From an uncultured virus (IMG/VR IMGVR_UViG_3300027396_000015) (taxonomy: Duplodnaviria > Heunggongvirae > Uroviricota > Caudoviricetes): a stretch of DNA of 64,000 nt. The stretch is from the IMG/VR virus record IMGVR_UViG_3300027396_000015, one strand, 5' to 3'. The translations under genes and the position numbers were made by a program. The notes under the pieces were generated by a model. That model did not search any database and was not told where the DNA came from. It saw only the letters and a program-made list of their open reading frames with translations. Of the stretch, positions 9,853 to 17,947 are shown piece by piece (positions within the stretch are counted from its first letter, which is position 1; every line of letters starts with the position of its first letter).

Positions 9853-10382
9853 ACACTGAAGAAAGACAAGACATTGTCTACTTTACAGGCTACGAAGTCG
9901 AACATACTATTTGCTATGGTATGTATACACTATTTGTAGTAGGCACTCCTCCGCTAGAAGAAATACTACGTATTGCTGGTGACACACAAGCATACTTAGA
10001 CGAAAACAAACGCATTAAACAAATTTACTTTGGCACTAGTCAAAGTTTTAATCCTAAAAGTATTTCACACGAAGAATACAAAGCATGGGACGAAGTTATT
10101 ATAGGCTGTCTAAAAGCAGGCTATTGGGTAGCTCTAGACTTTGGTGTTGAACACATCGAAGGCGTACTAGAGTCTGCTTATAACGAATATCCCAAGTTTG
10201 TACCTATGATTAGTGTCAAGTTACCCTACATTAATCAACTCAACTACAATGCCACACTCAAACTGGATGACCGAACTTGGGGTGCTACAAATCCAGGTGT
10301 GTGGACACATCATTTACAAAGCCTAATGACTAAAGACAAGTATACTCATTGGGATTTGTACACTCAAGATACACCAACATGA
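9843..10382 (+). CDS. Hypothetical protein within the deazaguanine cluster
   Basis: 179 aa ORF overlapping both neighbours; motifs GYEVEHT, TLFVVG, NPGVW. Confidence 0.7.
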   Translation: MGLNTEERQDIVYFTGYEVEHTICYGMYTLFVVGTPPLEEILRIAGDTQAYLDENKRIKQIYFGTSQSFNPKSISHEEYKAWDEVIIGCLKAGYWVALDFGVEHIEGVLESAYNEYPKFVPMISVKLPYINQLNYNATLKLDDRTWGATNPGVWTHHLQSLMTKDKYTHWDLYTQDTPT

Positions 10383-10774
10383 TTATCAAACAAGACATTA
10401 GACCAAACAAAATGATCTGGGTAACTTTCCGCAAAGAAGGTATCCATAAGTATCCTGCGGCACTAACAGATCCTAATCTAGCAACAGGAGACGAATATGA
10501 CGTATCGTTTTTGGGTCACCCTCATCGCCACATCTTTCATTTCAGGGTGTGGATCAGTGTGCAACACAATGACAGGGACATCGAATTCATCCAATTCAAA
10601 CGATGGCTCGAGTCGTTGTATAATGGTCAAGGTGCCACTATAAGCCTTGACTACAAGAGTTGTGAAATGATGTCTGACGAATTACATGACATCATTAGCA
10701 AGAAGTATCCAAATCGCGAGATTTGGATTGAGGTCTCCGAAGACGGAGAAAATGGTTCATTCATCAAATACTAA
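10379..10774 (+). CDS. QueD-like T-fold protein (DpdL-like CDG decarboxylase or divergent QueD)
   Basis: EGIH, FLGHPHRHIFHF (LxxxHRHxF), DIEF, SCEM, EVSEDGENG: His-rich metal site and T-fold tail like PTPS/QueD. Confidence 0.7.
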   Translation: MIIKQDIRPNKMIWVTFRKEGIHKYPAALTDPNLATGDEYDVSFLGHPHRHIFHFRVWISVQHNDRDIEFIQFKRWLESLYNGQGATISLDYKSCEMMSDELHDIISKKYPNREIWIEVSEDGENGSFIKY

Positions 10775-10782
10775 AGGAAACA

Positions 10783-11016
10783 ATGATGAAAAAAGAAGTC
10801 GTTCAAATTTTTGACGATCTTGACAATCTGCTAGATTTTTGCAGATTCAACCTTCTGCCTTACAATGAGGCAGACTTGTATAACCGCCAAAGTAAAACTT
10901 GGCAGGCTTACGAGGCGTCTAAGCGTCCTCGTCGTTATAACAACGACAGACGATTTGAAAATCGTCCCCGTAATAACAACGGGTACAATAACAACTACAG
11001 GAATGGTCGCCAATGA
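10783..11016 (+). CDS. Hypothetical protein with Arg/Asn-rich tail
   Basis: SD AAGGA; C-terminal RPRRYNNDRRFENRPRNNNGYNNNYRNGRQ. Confidence 0.65.
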   Translation: MMKKEVVQIFDDLDNLLDFCRFNLLPYNEADLYNRQSKTWQAYEASKRPRRYNNDRRFENRPRNNNGYNNNYRNGRQ

Positions 11017-12086
11017 CCGTCTACTTAGTAGACCTTGAGCCGGTAGAAACACGCTATACAGCGCAGTGGAAGACCCACCTACCGGCTATCCTGAGAAAGA
11101 GAGGACACGATGTTCAAGTTTTATCTGGGCCTACGGATATTCCTTCAGCCACTACTCCTGGTGCTTTTCTTAATTTTGGTGGCACCAATATATACAAGTC
11201 TGCTCAAGTTGAGCAAATGGGTAGGTTGTTTTGCGCCGGATCAGTGGCTCCTAATGATCACTTCATCTTTACTGATGCTTGGCACCCTGGTATCATCAAC
11301 CTAAAGTATATGAGTGAACTGTTACAGATTCCTGTAACTATTCACGCACTATGGCATGCCGGTAGTTACGATCCACAGGACTTTTTAGGTCGTCTAATTG
11401 GCGATGCTCCTTGGGTCAGAAATGCTGAAAAGAGTTTCTTTCATGCTATAGATCATAACTACTTTGCTACAACATTCCATATTGAAATGTTTTGTCATAA
11501 TCTTTTAAACATAGATTACGATACTGCAAAAGCATCATATATCGATAAAGGAAAAATTGTACGCACAGGTTGGCCAATGGAGTATATGGAAGATACATTA
11601 ACTCCATATAAAGGGATGAAAAAACGTGATTTAATTCTTTTCCCTCATCGCATCGCACCCGAGAAGCAAGTTGAAATTTTTAGAGATTTAAAAGAACACT
11701 TGCCACAGTACGAGTTCGTAGTCTGTCAGGATCAACAACTAACAAAAAATGAATATCATAACTTGTTAGGCGAATCGAAATTAGTGTTCTCTGCAAACTT
11801 ACAAGAGACATTAGGGATTAGTTGGTATGAAGGCGCTGTTGTAGATGCTATTCCTATGGTGCCAGATAGACTTAGTTACAGTGAAATGGGCTATGATACT
11901 TTTAAGTATCCTAGTGAATGGACTGAAAGTTTCGAAGCATATAAAGCACACCGTCCAGAAATATGTGCAAAGATTATCCAGTATATGGATAACTATGAAA
12001 AGTTTTTACCACAACTTAGAAAACAAACTCAAGACTTAACTGAAAATTTCTTTTCTGCAAATGGACTCTTAGAAAGACTTGTATGA
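11013..12086 (+). CDS. GT-B fold glycosyltransferase (GT4-like)
   Basis: FPHRIAPEKQ, LVFSANLQETLGISWYEG (E-x7-E motif), PMVPDRLSYSE. Confidence 0.82.
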   Translation: MTVYLVDLEPVETRYTAQWKTHLPAILRKRGHDVQVLSGPTDIPSATTPGAFLNFGGTNIYKSAQVEQMGRLFCAGSVAPNDHFIFTDAWHPGIINLKYMSELLQIPVTIHALWHAGSYDPQDFLGRLIGDAPWVRNAEKSFFHAIDHNYFATTFHIEMFCHNLLNIDYDTAKASYIDKGKIVRTGWPMEYMEDTLTPYKGMKKRDLILFPHRIAPEKQVEIFRDLKEHLPQYEFVVCQDQQLTKNEYHNLLGESKLVFSANLQETLGISWYEGAVVDAIPMVPDRLSYSEMGYDTFKYPSEWTESFEAYKAHRPEICAKIIQYMDNYEKFLPQLRKQTQDLTENFFSANGLLERLV

Positions 12087-12538
12087 TATTAAAACTGTTA
12101 GAACGTCTCGGTCGCAAGCGTATTATTATGGATCGTACCTGTGACGAGCCGTTACTTACACGTTATTATCTATTTTTAAAGGATCGTAAATGGTTTCCAT
12201 TTAATGTATTCTTACACAAGTTTCATAAAGGTGATCCAGATGATGTGCATGATCACCCATGGCCTTATGCCACACTTATTCTAAAAGGTGGCTATTGGGA
12301 ATGGATTCCTCAATTTAACAGCCAGGGAGTAAAGGTCTGTGAAATTGCCAAATGGAGAAAGCCTGGACACTTTAGAATTTGTAGTGCCAACAGTTTTCAT
12401 AGAATTGAAATTGATCCCAACGTAGAGTGTTGGACACTTTTTATGCCAGGTCCGCAAAAGAGAGAATGGGGATTTCTCGTTAATAATAAATGGATACCAA
12501 ATGAGCTATACTTACAATCACGGAAGCGTAATACTTAA
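12083..12538 (+). CDS. Cupin-fold protein
   Basis: HKFHKGDPDDVHDHPW...LKGGYWE...FHRIE...WTLF: cupin metal motifs. Confidence 0.7.
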   Translation: MILKLLERLGRKRIIMDRTCDEPLLTRYYLFLKDRKWFPFNVFLHKFHKGDPDDVHDHPWPYATLILKGGYWEWIPQFNSQGVKVCEIAKWRKPGHFRICSANSFHRIEIDPNVECWTLFMPGPQKREWGFLVNNKWIPNELYLQSRKRNT

Positions 12539-12953
12539 TACAGCCGGCGGCATAGCAGGTTCCGGTGCCGGTTCAGGTAGTGTTTTAGTATCGAACGGCA
12601 CAGGCGGCTCTGGCAGTGGATATACGATTTCAACCGGAGCCGGCACTACATCTGTGCCGTTAACTTATACTACAGGTACAAATGTAACTTGGGCTAATCC
12701 TACTACCAATCCGGTGATGGTTGCCAAAAACGATCCACCGGAGTTAGAAGTTAAAGGTCGAATGGTATTAAATGGTGTTGACCTAGAAGAAAGGTTAAAC
12801 ACAATTGAAAAAGTCTTGCAAATTCCCGAGCGAGATGTTAAACTAGAAAAGAAGCATCCAAAGTTAAAAAAGATGTATGATGACTATATTAAGGCATTAG
12901 CCAAATATAGAACGTGGGACGCAATTAAAGGAGATGATGATGGAACTACATGA
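12501..12953 (+). CDS. Hypothetical protein, Gly/Ser/Thr-rich N-terminus and helical C-terminus
   Basis: 150 aa ORF in the operon. Confidence 0.6.
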   Translation: MSYTYNHGSVILNTAGGIAGSGAGSGSVLVSNGTGGSGSGYTISTGAGTTSVPLTYTTGTNVTWANPTTNPVMVAKNDPPELEVKGRMVLNGVDLEERLNTIEKVLQIPERDVKLEKKHPKLKKMYDDYIKALAKYRTWDAIKGDDDGTT

Positions 12954-13170
12954 ATCAGTTAGAGATACTTATAAAGAAATGGTTGTCAAAGAACACGCCG
13001 GTTTTAGGCTAACATTAAAGAAACACGAAGTACTAAGCCCTAAAGGTTTGTTTAGTATCGATATGGTTCAAGAAAGTCTTAAAGACGGTGAAGTTGTTGG
13101 TACACAAACTTATAATTTCTTTATGACTAAAGAAGAATGTCAATCATTGGCCTATGGGTTAACTGCATGA
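12934..13170 (+). CDS. Hypothetical protein
   Basis: SD AAGGAG upstream; exact ATG among three tandem Met codons uncertain. Confidence 0.65.
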   Translation: MMMELHESVRDTYKEMVVKEHAGFRLTLKKHEVLSPKGLFSIDMVQESLKDGEVVGTQTYNFFMTKEECQSLAYGLTA

Positions 13171-13718
13171 AGAAAGTATACTACAGTTGGTCACAAGTTG
13201 AAGGCGCATGTTTAGAAATTGCTCGCCAAATGTCTGAACATAATTGGAGGCCTGACTATATTGTAGGTATTACACGCGGTGGTCTTGTTCCGGCTAACTT
13301 ACTAAGTCAATATACTGGCATTAAGATGCACACACTTAATGTCAGCCTTCGCGATAATAAAAACGATTGCGAAAGTAATCTTTGGATGGCCGAAGATGCC
13401 TTGGGAGTTGTTCCCAATGACGAAAGGCACATTTGGGGCGATCACAAACATTTAGAACGTCTTAAAAAGAAAATCTTAATTGTAGACGATATTAACGATC
13501 AAGGATCTACTCTTAATTGGATTAAGAAAGATTGGCCCAGTGGTTGTTTTCCTAACGATGAAGCATGGAATCAAGTATGGGGAGACAATGTTCGTTTTGC
13601 TGTATTAACACATAATTACGGCAGTGAGTTTAAAGATCCAGACTATCATGTTTGGACCGTAGACAAGCGACAAGAAGATTGTTGGCTTGTTTATCCTTGG
13701 GAAGAATTTTGGTTATGA
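13167..13718 (+). CDS. Type I purine phosphoribosyltransferase (Gpt/XGPRT-like)
   Basis: VGITRGGLVPA, PRPP-binding loop ILIVDDINDQGSTL, terminal VYPWE. Confidence 0.88.
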   Translation: MKKVYYSWSQVEGACLEIARQMSEHNWRPDYIVGITRGGLVPANLLSQYTGIKMHTLNVSLRDNKNDCESNLWMAEDALGVVPNDERHIWGDHKHLERLKKKILIVDDINDQGSTLNWIKKDWPSGCFPNDEAWNQVWGDNVRFAVLTHNYGSEFKDPDYHVWTVDKRQEDCWLVYPWEEFWL

Positions 13719-14098
13719 CTGATTTAGAAAGGGCACTAGATGAACGCAGAGCACCATGGACTAGTATCGAGTACAGAACAAAAGACTATTGGGTCTTCAA
13801 CGATGCCTACCCAGTTACGGAAGGACATTTGCTTTTTGTGCCAACCTATGAACGTTTTACCAACATCGTCGAATGTTTCAAAGGAGCATACAAGTTCGGG
13901 TTCGATGGTGTCCAATCTGAACGTTGGGACGCTTTTAATGTCGGACAAAACTGTGGCGAGACTGCTGGCCAAACAGTAATGTATCCTCATATACACATGA
14001 TCCCTAGACGCAAGGGTGATATGGAAGACCCTCGTGGCGGGGTTCGTCACGTTATACCAAGTAAAGGAAATTATAAAAATGCAAGTAAGAGTACCTGA
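13715..14098 (+). CDS. HIT family nucleotide hydrolase
   Basis: DAYPVTEGHLLFVP, FNVGQNCGETAGQTVMYPHIHMIPRRKGD. Confidence 0.88.
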   Translation: MTDLERALDERRAPWTSIEYRTKDYWVFNDAYPVTEGHLLFVPTYERFTNIVECFKGAYKFGFDGVQSERWDAFNVGQNCGETAGQTVMYPHIHMIPRRKGDMEDPRGGVRHVIPSKGNYKNASKST

Positions 14099-14279
14099 AG
14101 AAGGAAAGAAAATTGGAACTTGCGGTTGTGGTCGTAGTCCTACAGGAGACTGTATCGGCTGGCACGGATTAAGCGAAGAAGTATTTCGTGAAAAATTAGC
14201 CGTGTGGGAATTAGAAGACTATAAGCGCAGAGCACAAGAACTTTGGAATGATAGTTGCACCAGTGGAAGATCAGAATAA
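14079..14279 (+). CDS. CDGSH-like [2Fe-2S] small protein
   Basis: CGCGRSPTGDCIGWH matches the C-x-C-x2-S...C-x-G-x-H spacing of CDGSH domains. Confidence 0.6.
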   Translation: MQVRVPEEGKKIGTCGCGRSPTGDCIGWHGLSEEVFREKLAVWELEDYKRRAQELWNDSCTSGRSE

Positions 14280-14481
14280 TATCTACGTCCATTGGGACGG
14301 GCAATCAGGTTTTTGGTGGAATGAAACTTGCGCCATGGTGCTCGAAGTATTTGGCCTACCTGGCGGAAGATACGAAAGTCATCCACAACACGACTACATG
14401 AAATTTACATTCAAATCAAAAAAGGATGCTGACTTATGTCGGATACTATTATCGGAAAGATTACAGCCGCAGTCGCTTTAA
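14248..14481 (+). CDS. Hypothetical protein
   Basis: 77 aa; WNETCAMVLEVFGLPGGRY...F.FKS..DA..C pattern. Confidence 0.6.
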   Translation: MIVAPVEDQNNIYVHWDGQSGFWWNETCAMVLEVFGLPGGRYESHPQHDYMKFTFKSKKDADLCRILLSERLQPQSL

Positions 14482-14648
14482 TAGCGGCTGTGCTTATTCT
14501 TATTTTTACCGATTACGGTAGTCAAACTCGCATCTATGATTGCGGGATGGCAGAATGGCATCCTGATATCCCTAATACAGTCAGGGAAGAATGCCGTAGA
14601 TTACGATATGAACAACAACATATTGATAAGAAAAGTATACGCACTTAG
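14436..14648 (+). CDS. Hypothetical membrane-anchored protein
   Basis: N-terminal TM segment, YDCGMAEWHPDIP..VREECR motif; SD AAGGA. Confidence 0.55.
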   Translation: MSDTIIGKITAAVALIAAVLILIFTDYGSQTRIYDCGMAEWHPDIPNTVREECRRLRYEQQHIDKKSIRT

Positions 14649-14677
14649 TTGACAAAAACCTAAATAAACTATATTAT
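14649..14677 (+). promoter_or_regulatory. sigma70 promoter for folE block with internal TAAATA
   Basis: TTGACA(14649)-17-TATTAT(14672); CCTAAATA in spacer. Confidence 0.7.
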
Positions 14678-14714
14678 ATTACATAGACATCCTCGTCTAT
14701 AACTCGGAGAAATA

Positions 14715-15413
14715 ATGTCAGAAAAAAATTTAGCACAAGCGATTCGCGAAAAGATGGTCCTAGACGGAAAAAGATTCTGGGCAGGAGATAACATCAGCGA
14801 ATACATCGAATCTGATCTAGTCAAAGAACAACTAATCAAAGAAGCAACTGAGGCATTTGAAAGTGTTTTAGACAAACTTCTTATTGACAGAGAGACAGAT
14901 CCTAACTCGCACGGTACAGCGAAACGATTAGCAAAAATGTACTTTAACGAAATAATGGCAGGAAGATATGAACCAGCACCAGATGCAACAGCGTTTCCTA
15001 ACGATAGCGAAGATCGTTATGAGGGTATGTTGGTGGTTAGGAGTGAGCTTCGTAGTATGTGTAGTCATCATCATCAGCCTGTTTCTGGTGTTGCCTACAT
15101 CGGAATCATCGCCGCCCAAAAACTCATTGGGCTGTCAAAATACACACGAATCGCGCAATGGTGCGCTCGTCGTGGTACCTTACAGGAAGAATTGTGTAAC
15201 GACATAGCCAGAGAAATTGAAAAGGCCACTGGCGCAAGTGATATTGGCGTTTATATTCAGGCAGTTCATGGATGCTGTGAGAATCGTGGCATTATGGCAC
15301 ATAGTTCATTAACTCAAACTACTGTACTTAAAGGTGCGTTCAAAGACGATGCTGGTACAAAGAAAGAGTTCTTTGATAACATTAAACTACAACAGGAGTT
15401 TGCACCAAGATGA
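14715..15413 (+). CDS. folE: GTP cyclohydrolase I
   Basis: TAKRLAKMY, SMCSHHHQP, IGLSKYTRI, RRGTLQEEL, HGCCENRG. Confidence 0.95.
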   Translation: MSEKNLAQAIREKMVLDGKRFWAGDNISEYIESDLVKEQLIKEATEAFESVLDKLLIDRETDPNSHGTAKRLAKMYFNEIMAGRYEPAPDATAFPNDSEDRYEGMLVVRSELRSMCSHHHQPVSGVAYIGIIAAQKLIGLSKYTRIAQWCARRGTLQEELCNDIAREIEKATGASDIGVYIQAVHGCCENRGIMAHSSLTQTTVLKGAFKDDAGTKKEFFDNIKLQQEFAPR

Positions 15414-15625
15414 ATTCAGTAGACATGGCGACTAATTTAATTAATAGAGCAAAAAATCTACACAAGTATATTGTAGAGACAGATGTTCCCGAAGATTTTC
15501 GATTTAACGGAACTGTTCCGTTTGATATACAAATCAAAGACAATGTTATCAGTGCAGAAGTATATGGTATCGATTTCAATGATGCTGTAAATATTCTTGA
15601 TAAATGGTTGGAGACATGCAAATGA
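15410..15625 (+). CDS. Hypothetical protein
   Basis: 71 aa, ATGA-coupled. Confidence 0.6.
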   Translation: MNSVDMATNLINRAKNLHKYIVETDVPEDFRFNGTVPFDIQIKDNVISAEVYGIDFNDAVNILDKWLETCK

Positions 15626-15942
15626 ATTTTGTCGATAAATGGTTGTATGGAAAAGTCCGCGATATGTGGGATAATCGACACAAGTACGAAGAAGCAACTA
15701 TGAAAGAAAGAGAGTATAAATTGGCAATCGGAACAGCACAAGCAATAGAACGCGGTCGTGCAGAAGGTGAAGGACGAATCACTTTCGAATTAAGCACCGC
15801 CGTCGGTGGTAAAATTTTAAATGTAAGACACTACGATGACCGTAAAGATAGACACGAAAGTCAAACTTATGTGATTCCTAACGGAGAAGATATTGGCGAG
15901 CGTGTTGCTAAAATTATTAACTTAGAGATGTTCAAACAATGA
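15622..15942 (+). CDS. Hypothetical protein
   Basis: ATG 15622 coupled to upstream stop. Confidence 0.6.
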   Translation: MNFVDKWLYGKVRDMWDNRHKYEEATMKEREYKLAIGTAQAIERGRAEGEGRITFELSTAVGGKILNVRHYDDRKDRHESQTYVIPNGEDIGERVAKIINLEMFKQ

Positions 15943-16403
15943 AATTAGAGCAACCAGCAGAAGGAATTCTAAAACGCAGTGACTTTGGCGACACTAAGTT
16001 TTATCAAATTGTCTGCGGTTGCGGGCAAGAGTATCACGATCACAATGTAGAAGTTGAATCTAGTGAGACTGGTATTAATGTAAACATTTACGCAACTGCT
16101 AAAACTGATTATTGGTCTGAACTAGTTGAAAAAAGATACGATATTGATAGTCCGTATCTACAAGAGATTGATTGGTTTGTTAAAGATTTAATTAATGGGC
16201 TATGGACTCGTTTGAAAGTAACTTGGCAACTTTGGACAACTGGTGCAGTGACCGTTGAAACAACTATTTCTATGACTGAACAACAGGCACTGAATTATGC
16301 CGAAACATTGAAATCTGCAATTAAAGATGTTAAACTGTTTAGACAAGCAGGTAAAGAAAAATCAAGCGCCAGTAAACTGGCAGAACAAGGTGACTGTATA
16401 TGA
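15939..16403 (+). CDS. Hypothetical protein (CxC..H motif)
   Basis: 154 aa, YQIVCGCGQEYHDH; ATGA-coupled. Confidence 0.65.
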   Translation: MKLEQPAEGILKRSDFGDTKFYQIVCGCGQEYHDHNVEVESSETGINVNIYATAKTDYWSELVEKRYDIDSPYLQEIDWFVKDLINGLWTRLKVTWQLWTTGAVTVETTISMTEQQALNYAETLKSAIKDVKLFRQAGKEKSSASKLAEQGDCI

Positions 16404-17263
16404 GCAAATTAAAAATTGCAGAATTATTTTATAGTATTCAAGGCGAAGGACGTTACATGGGTGTACCGTCTGTTTTCTTGAGAACATTTGGTTGTAACTT
16501 TAAATGTGCTGGCTTTGGATTACCAAAAGGTGAACTAAGTACAGAAGTTGAAGATATTGCAATCCAACATGAACGAACCCCATATAAAAAATATGAAGAA
16601 CTTCCTTTGGTATCTACGGGCTGTGATAGTTATGCTAGTTGGGATCCTCGCTTTAAGGATCTTAGTCCAATGCTCACTTCAGACGCCATCGCAGACAGGA
16701 TCGCAGAGATTCTACCCTTCAACGAATGGCGAGACGAACACTTGGTCATTACCGGAGGGGAACCTTTGCTTGGATGGCAACGAGCGTATCCAGACTTGCT
16801 CGACCATCCAAAAATGACAAACTTAAAAGAGATTACATTTGAAACGAATGGTACTCAAAAACTCACCGACGAGTTCAAGCAATATCTGCACACATGGAAA
16901 TATCACAGCGATAAAGATTTTTGGCGAGAAGTTACATTTAGTGTTAGTGCTAAATTAAGTTGCTCCGGTGAAGAACGTCACGAAGCAATTCGTCCAGACG
17001 TAGTTTGTGAATACGAAGAATACGGTCATACATATCTTAAATTTGTAGTGGCCACAGAAGAAGATGCGGAGGAAGCAATTGAAACTGCTGACATTTATAG
17101 AGAAAATGGTTTTACCGGTCCTATATATCTTATGCCCGTGGGTGGCGTTGAAAGTGTCTATACTCTTAACAACAGGCGTGTAGCGGAACTAGCAATGAAA
17201 AACGGTTTACGCTACAGCGATAGATTACAAGTTCCACTCTTTAAAAATGAGTGGGGAACATAA
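16400..17263 (+). CDS. queE: 7-carboxy-7-deazaguanine synthase (radical SAM)
   Basis: ELFYSIQGEG, VFLRTFGCNFKC...GCDS, VITGGEPLL, FETNGT, YLMP, RYSDRLQ. Confidence 0.9.
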   Translation: MSKLKIAELFYSIQGEGRYMGVPSVFLRTFGCNFKCAGFGLPKGELSTEVEDIAIQHERTPYKKYEELPLVSTGCDSYASWDPRFKDLSPMLTSDAIADRIAEILPFNEWRDEHLVITGGEPLLGWQRAYPDLLDHPKMTNLKEITFETNGTQKLTDEFKQYLHTWKYHSDKDFWREVTFSVSAKLSCSGEERHEAIRPDVVCEYEEYGHTYLKFVVATEEDAEEAIETADIYRENGFTGPIYLMPVGGVESVYTLNNRRVAELAMKNGLRYSDRLQVPLFKNEWGT

Positions 17264-17947
17264 ATGGAAGATATAAAGTTATCCGATTTAATTTTTGTTG
17301 TTAGAAACGCATTAACAGAAGACCAATGCAATTCGTTAATTGACGAATACGAATTGCGTTCTGCCAGTGCGGTTCAAGAAAGTTGCATACACGCCGTAAC
17401 TAATAAAATGACTACTTCTACTTTTAAAAGAGTAGAGTTAATTCCTGATACAGAAAACTTTTTAGTAGTACATAATCATACAAATAAAATTATCGAAGAT
17501 TGGATAACATATCTAGAAGAGTTTAAAGCGTTTCACACTACAGCATTAAAAAAATCTTTAAGATTTTCCCACATGCACCGACTTATGAAATACGAAGTCG
17601 GCGAATGGATACATCCTCATGTGGATTGGGAGGAAATGATTCACGCCAGTTGTACTATTTCATTAAATGACGACTATGAAGGTGGCGAATTTACTTTTTG
17701 GAATGGCAGATACGAAGTTAAATTGAATAAAGGAGATGCTATGATTTTTCCAGCAGATCCTCTTTGGGTACACGAAGTTAAACCAATAACTAAAGGTGTT
17801 CGTTATAGTACAAATACTTTTATTCAATCGTTGCCACTAAATGAAAGAAATACAATGGGCAGTATTATTTGGGATATGGGGCAAAACGAAAACGCATTTT
17901 TTTATCCGCAATCGCGGGTATGGGGGAAACATGAAAGCAATTATTAA
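17264..17947 (+). CDS. 2OG-Fe(II) oxygenase (prolyl-hydroxylase-like)
   Basis: HPHVD (HxD), SLNDDYEGGEF, MIFP, HEVKPITKGVRYS. Confidence 0.88.
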   Translation: MEDIKLSDLIFVVRNALTEDQCNSLIDEYELRSASAVQESCIHAVTNKMTTSTFKRVELIPDTENFLVVHNHTNKIIEDWITYLEEFKAFHTTALKKSLRFSHMHRLMKYEVGEWIHPHVDWEEMIHASCTISLNDDYEGGEFTFWNGRYEVKLNKGDAMIFPADPLWVHEVKPITKGVRYSTNTFIQSLPLNERNTMGSIIWDMGQNENAFFYPQSRVWGKHESNY

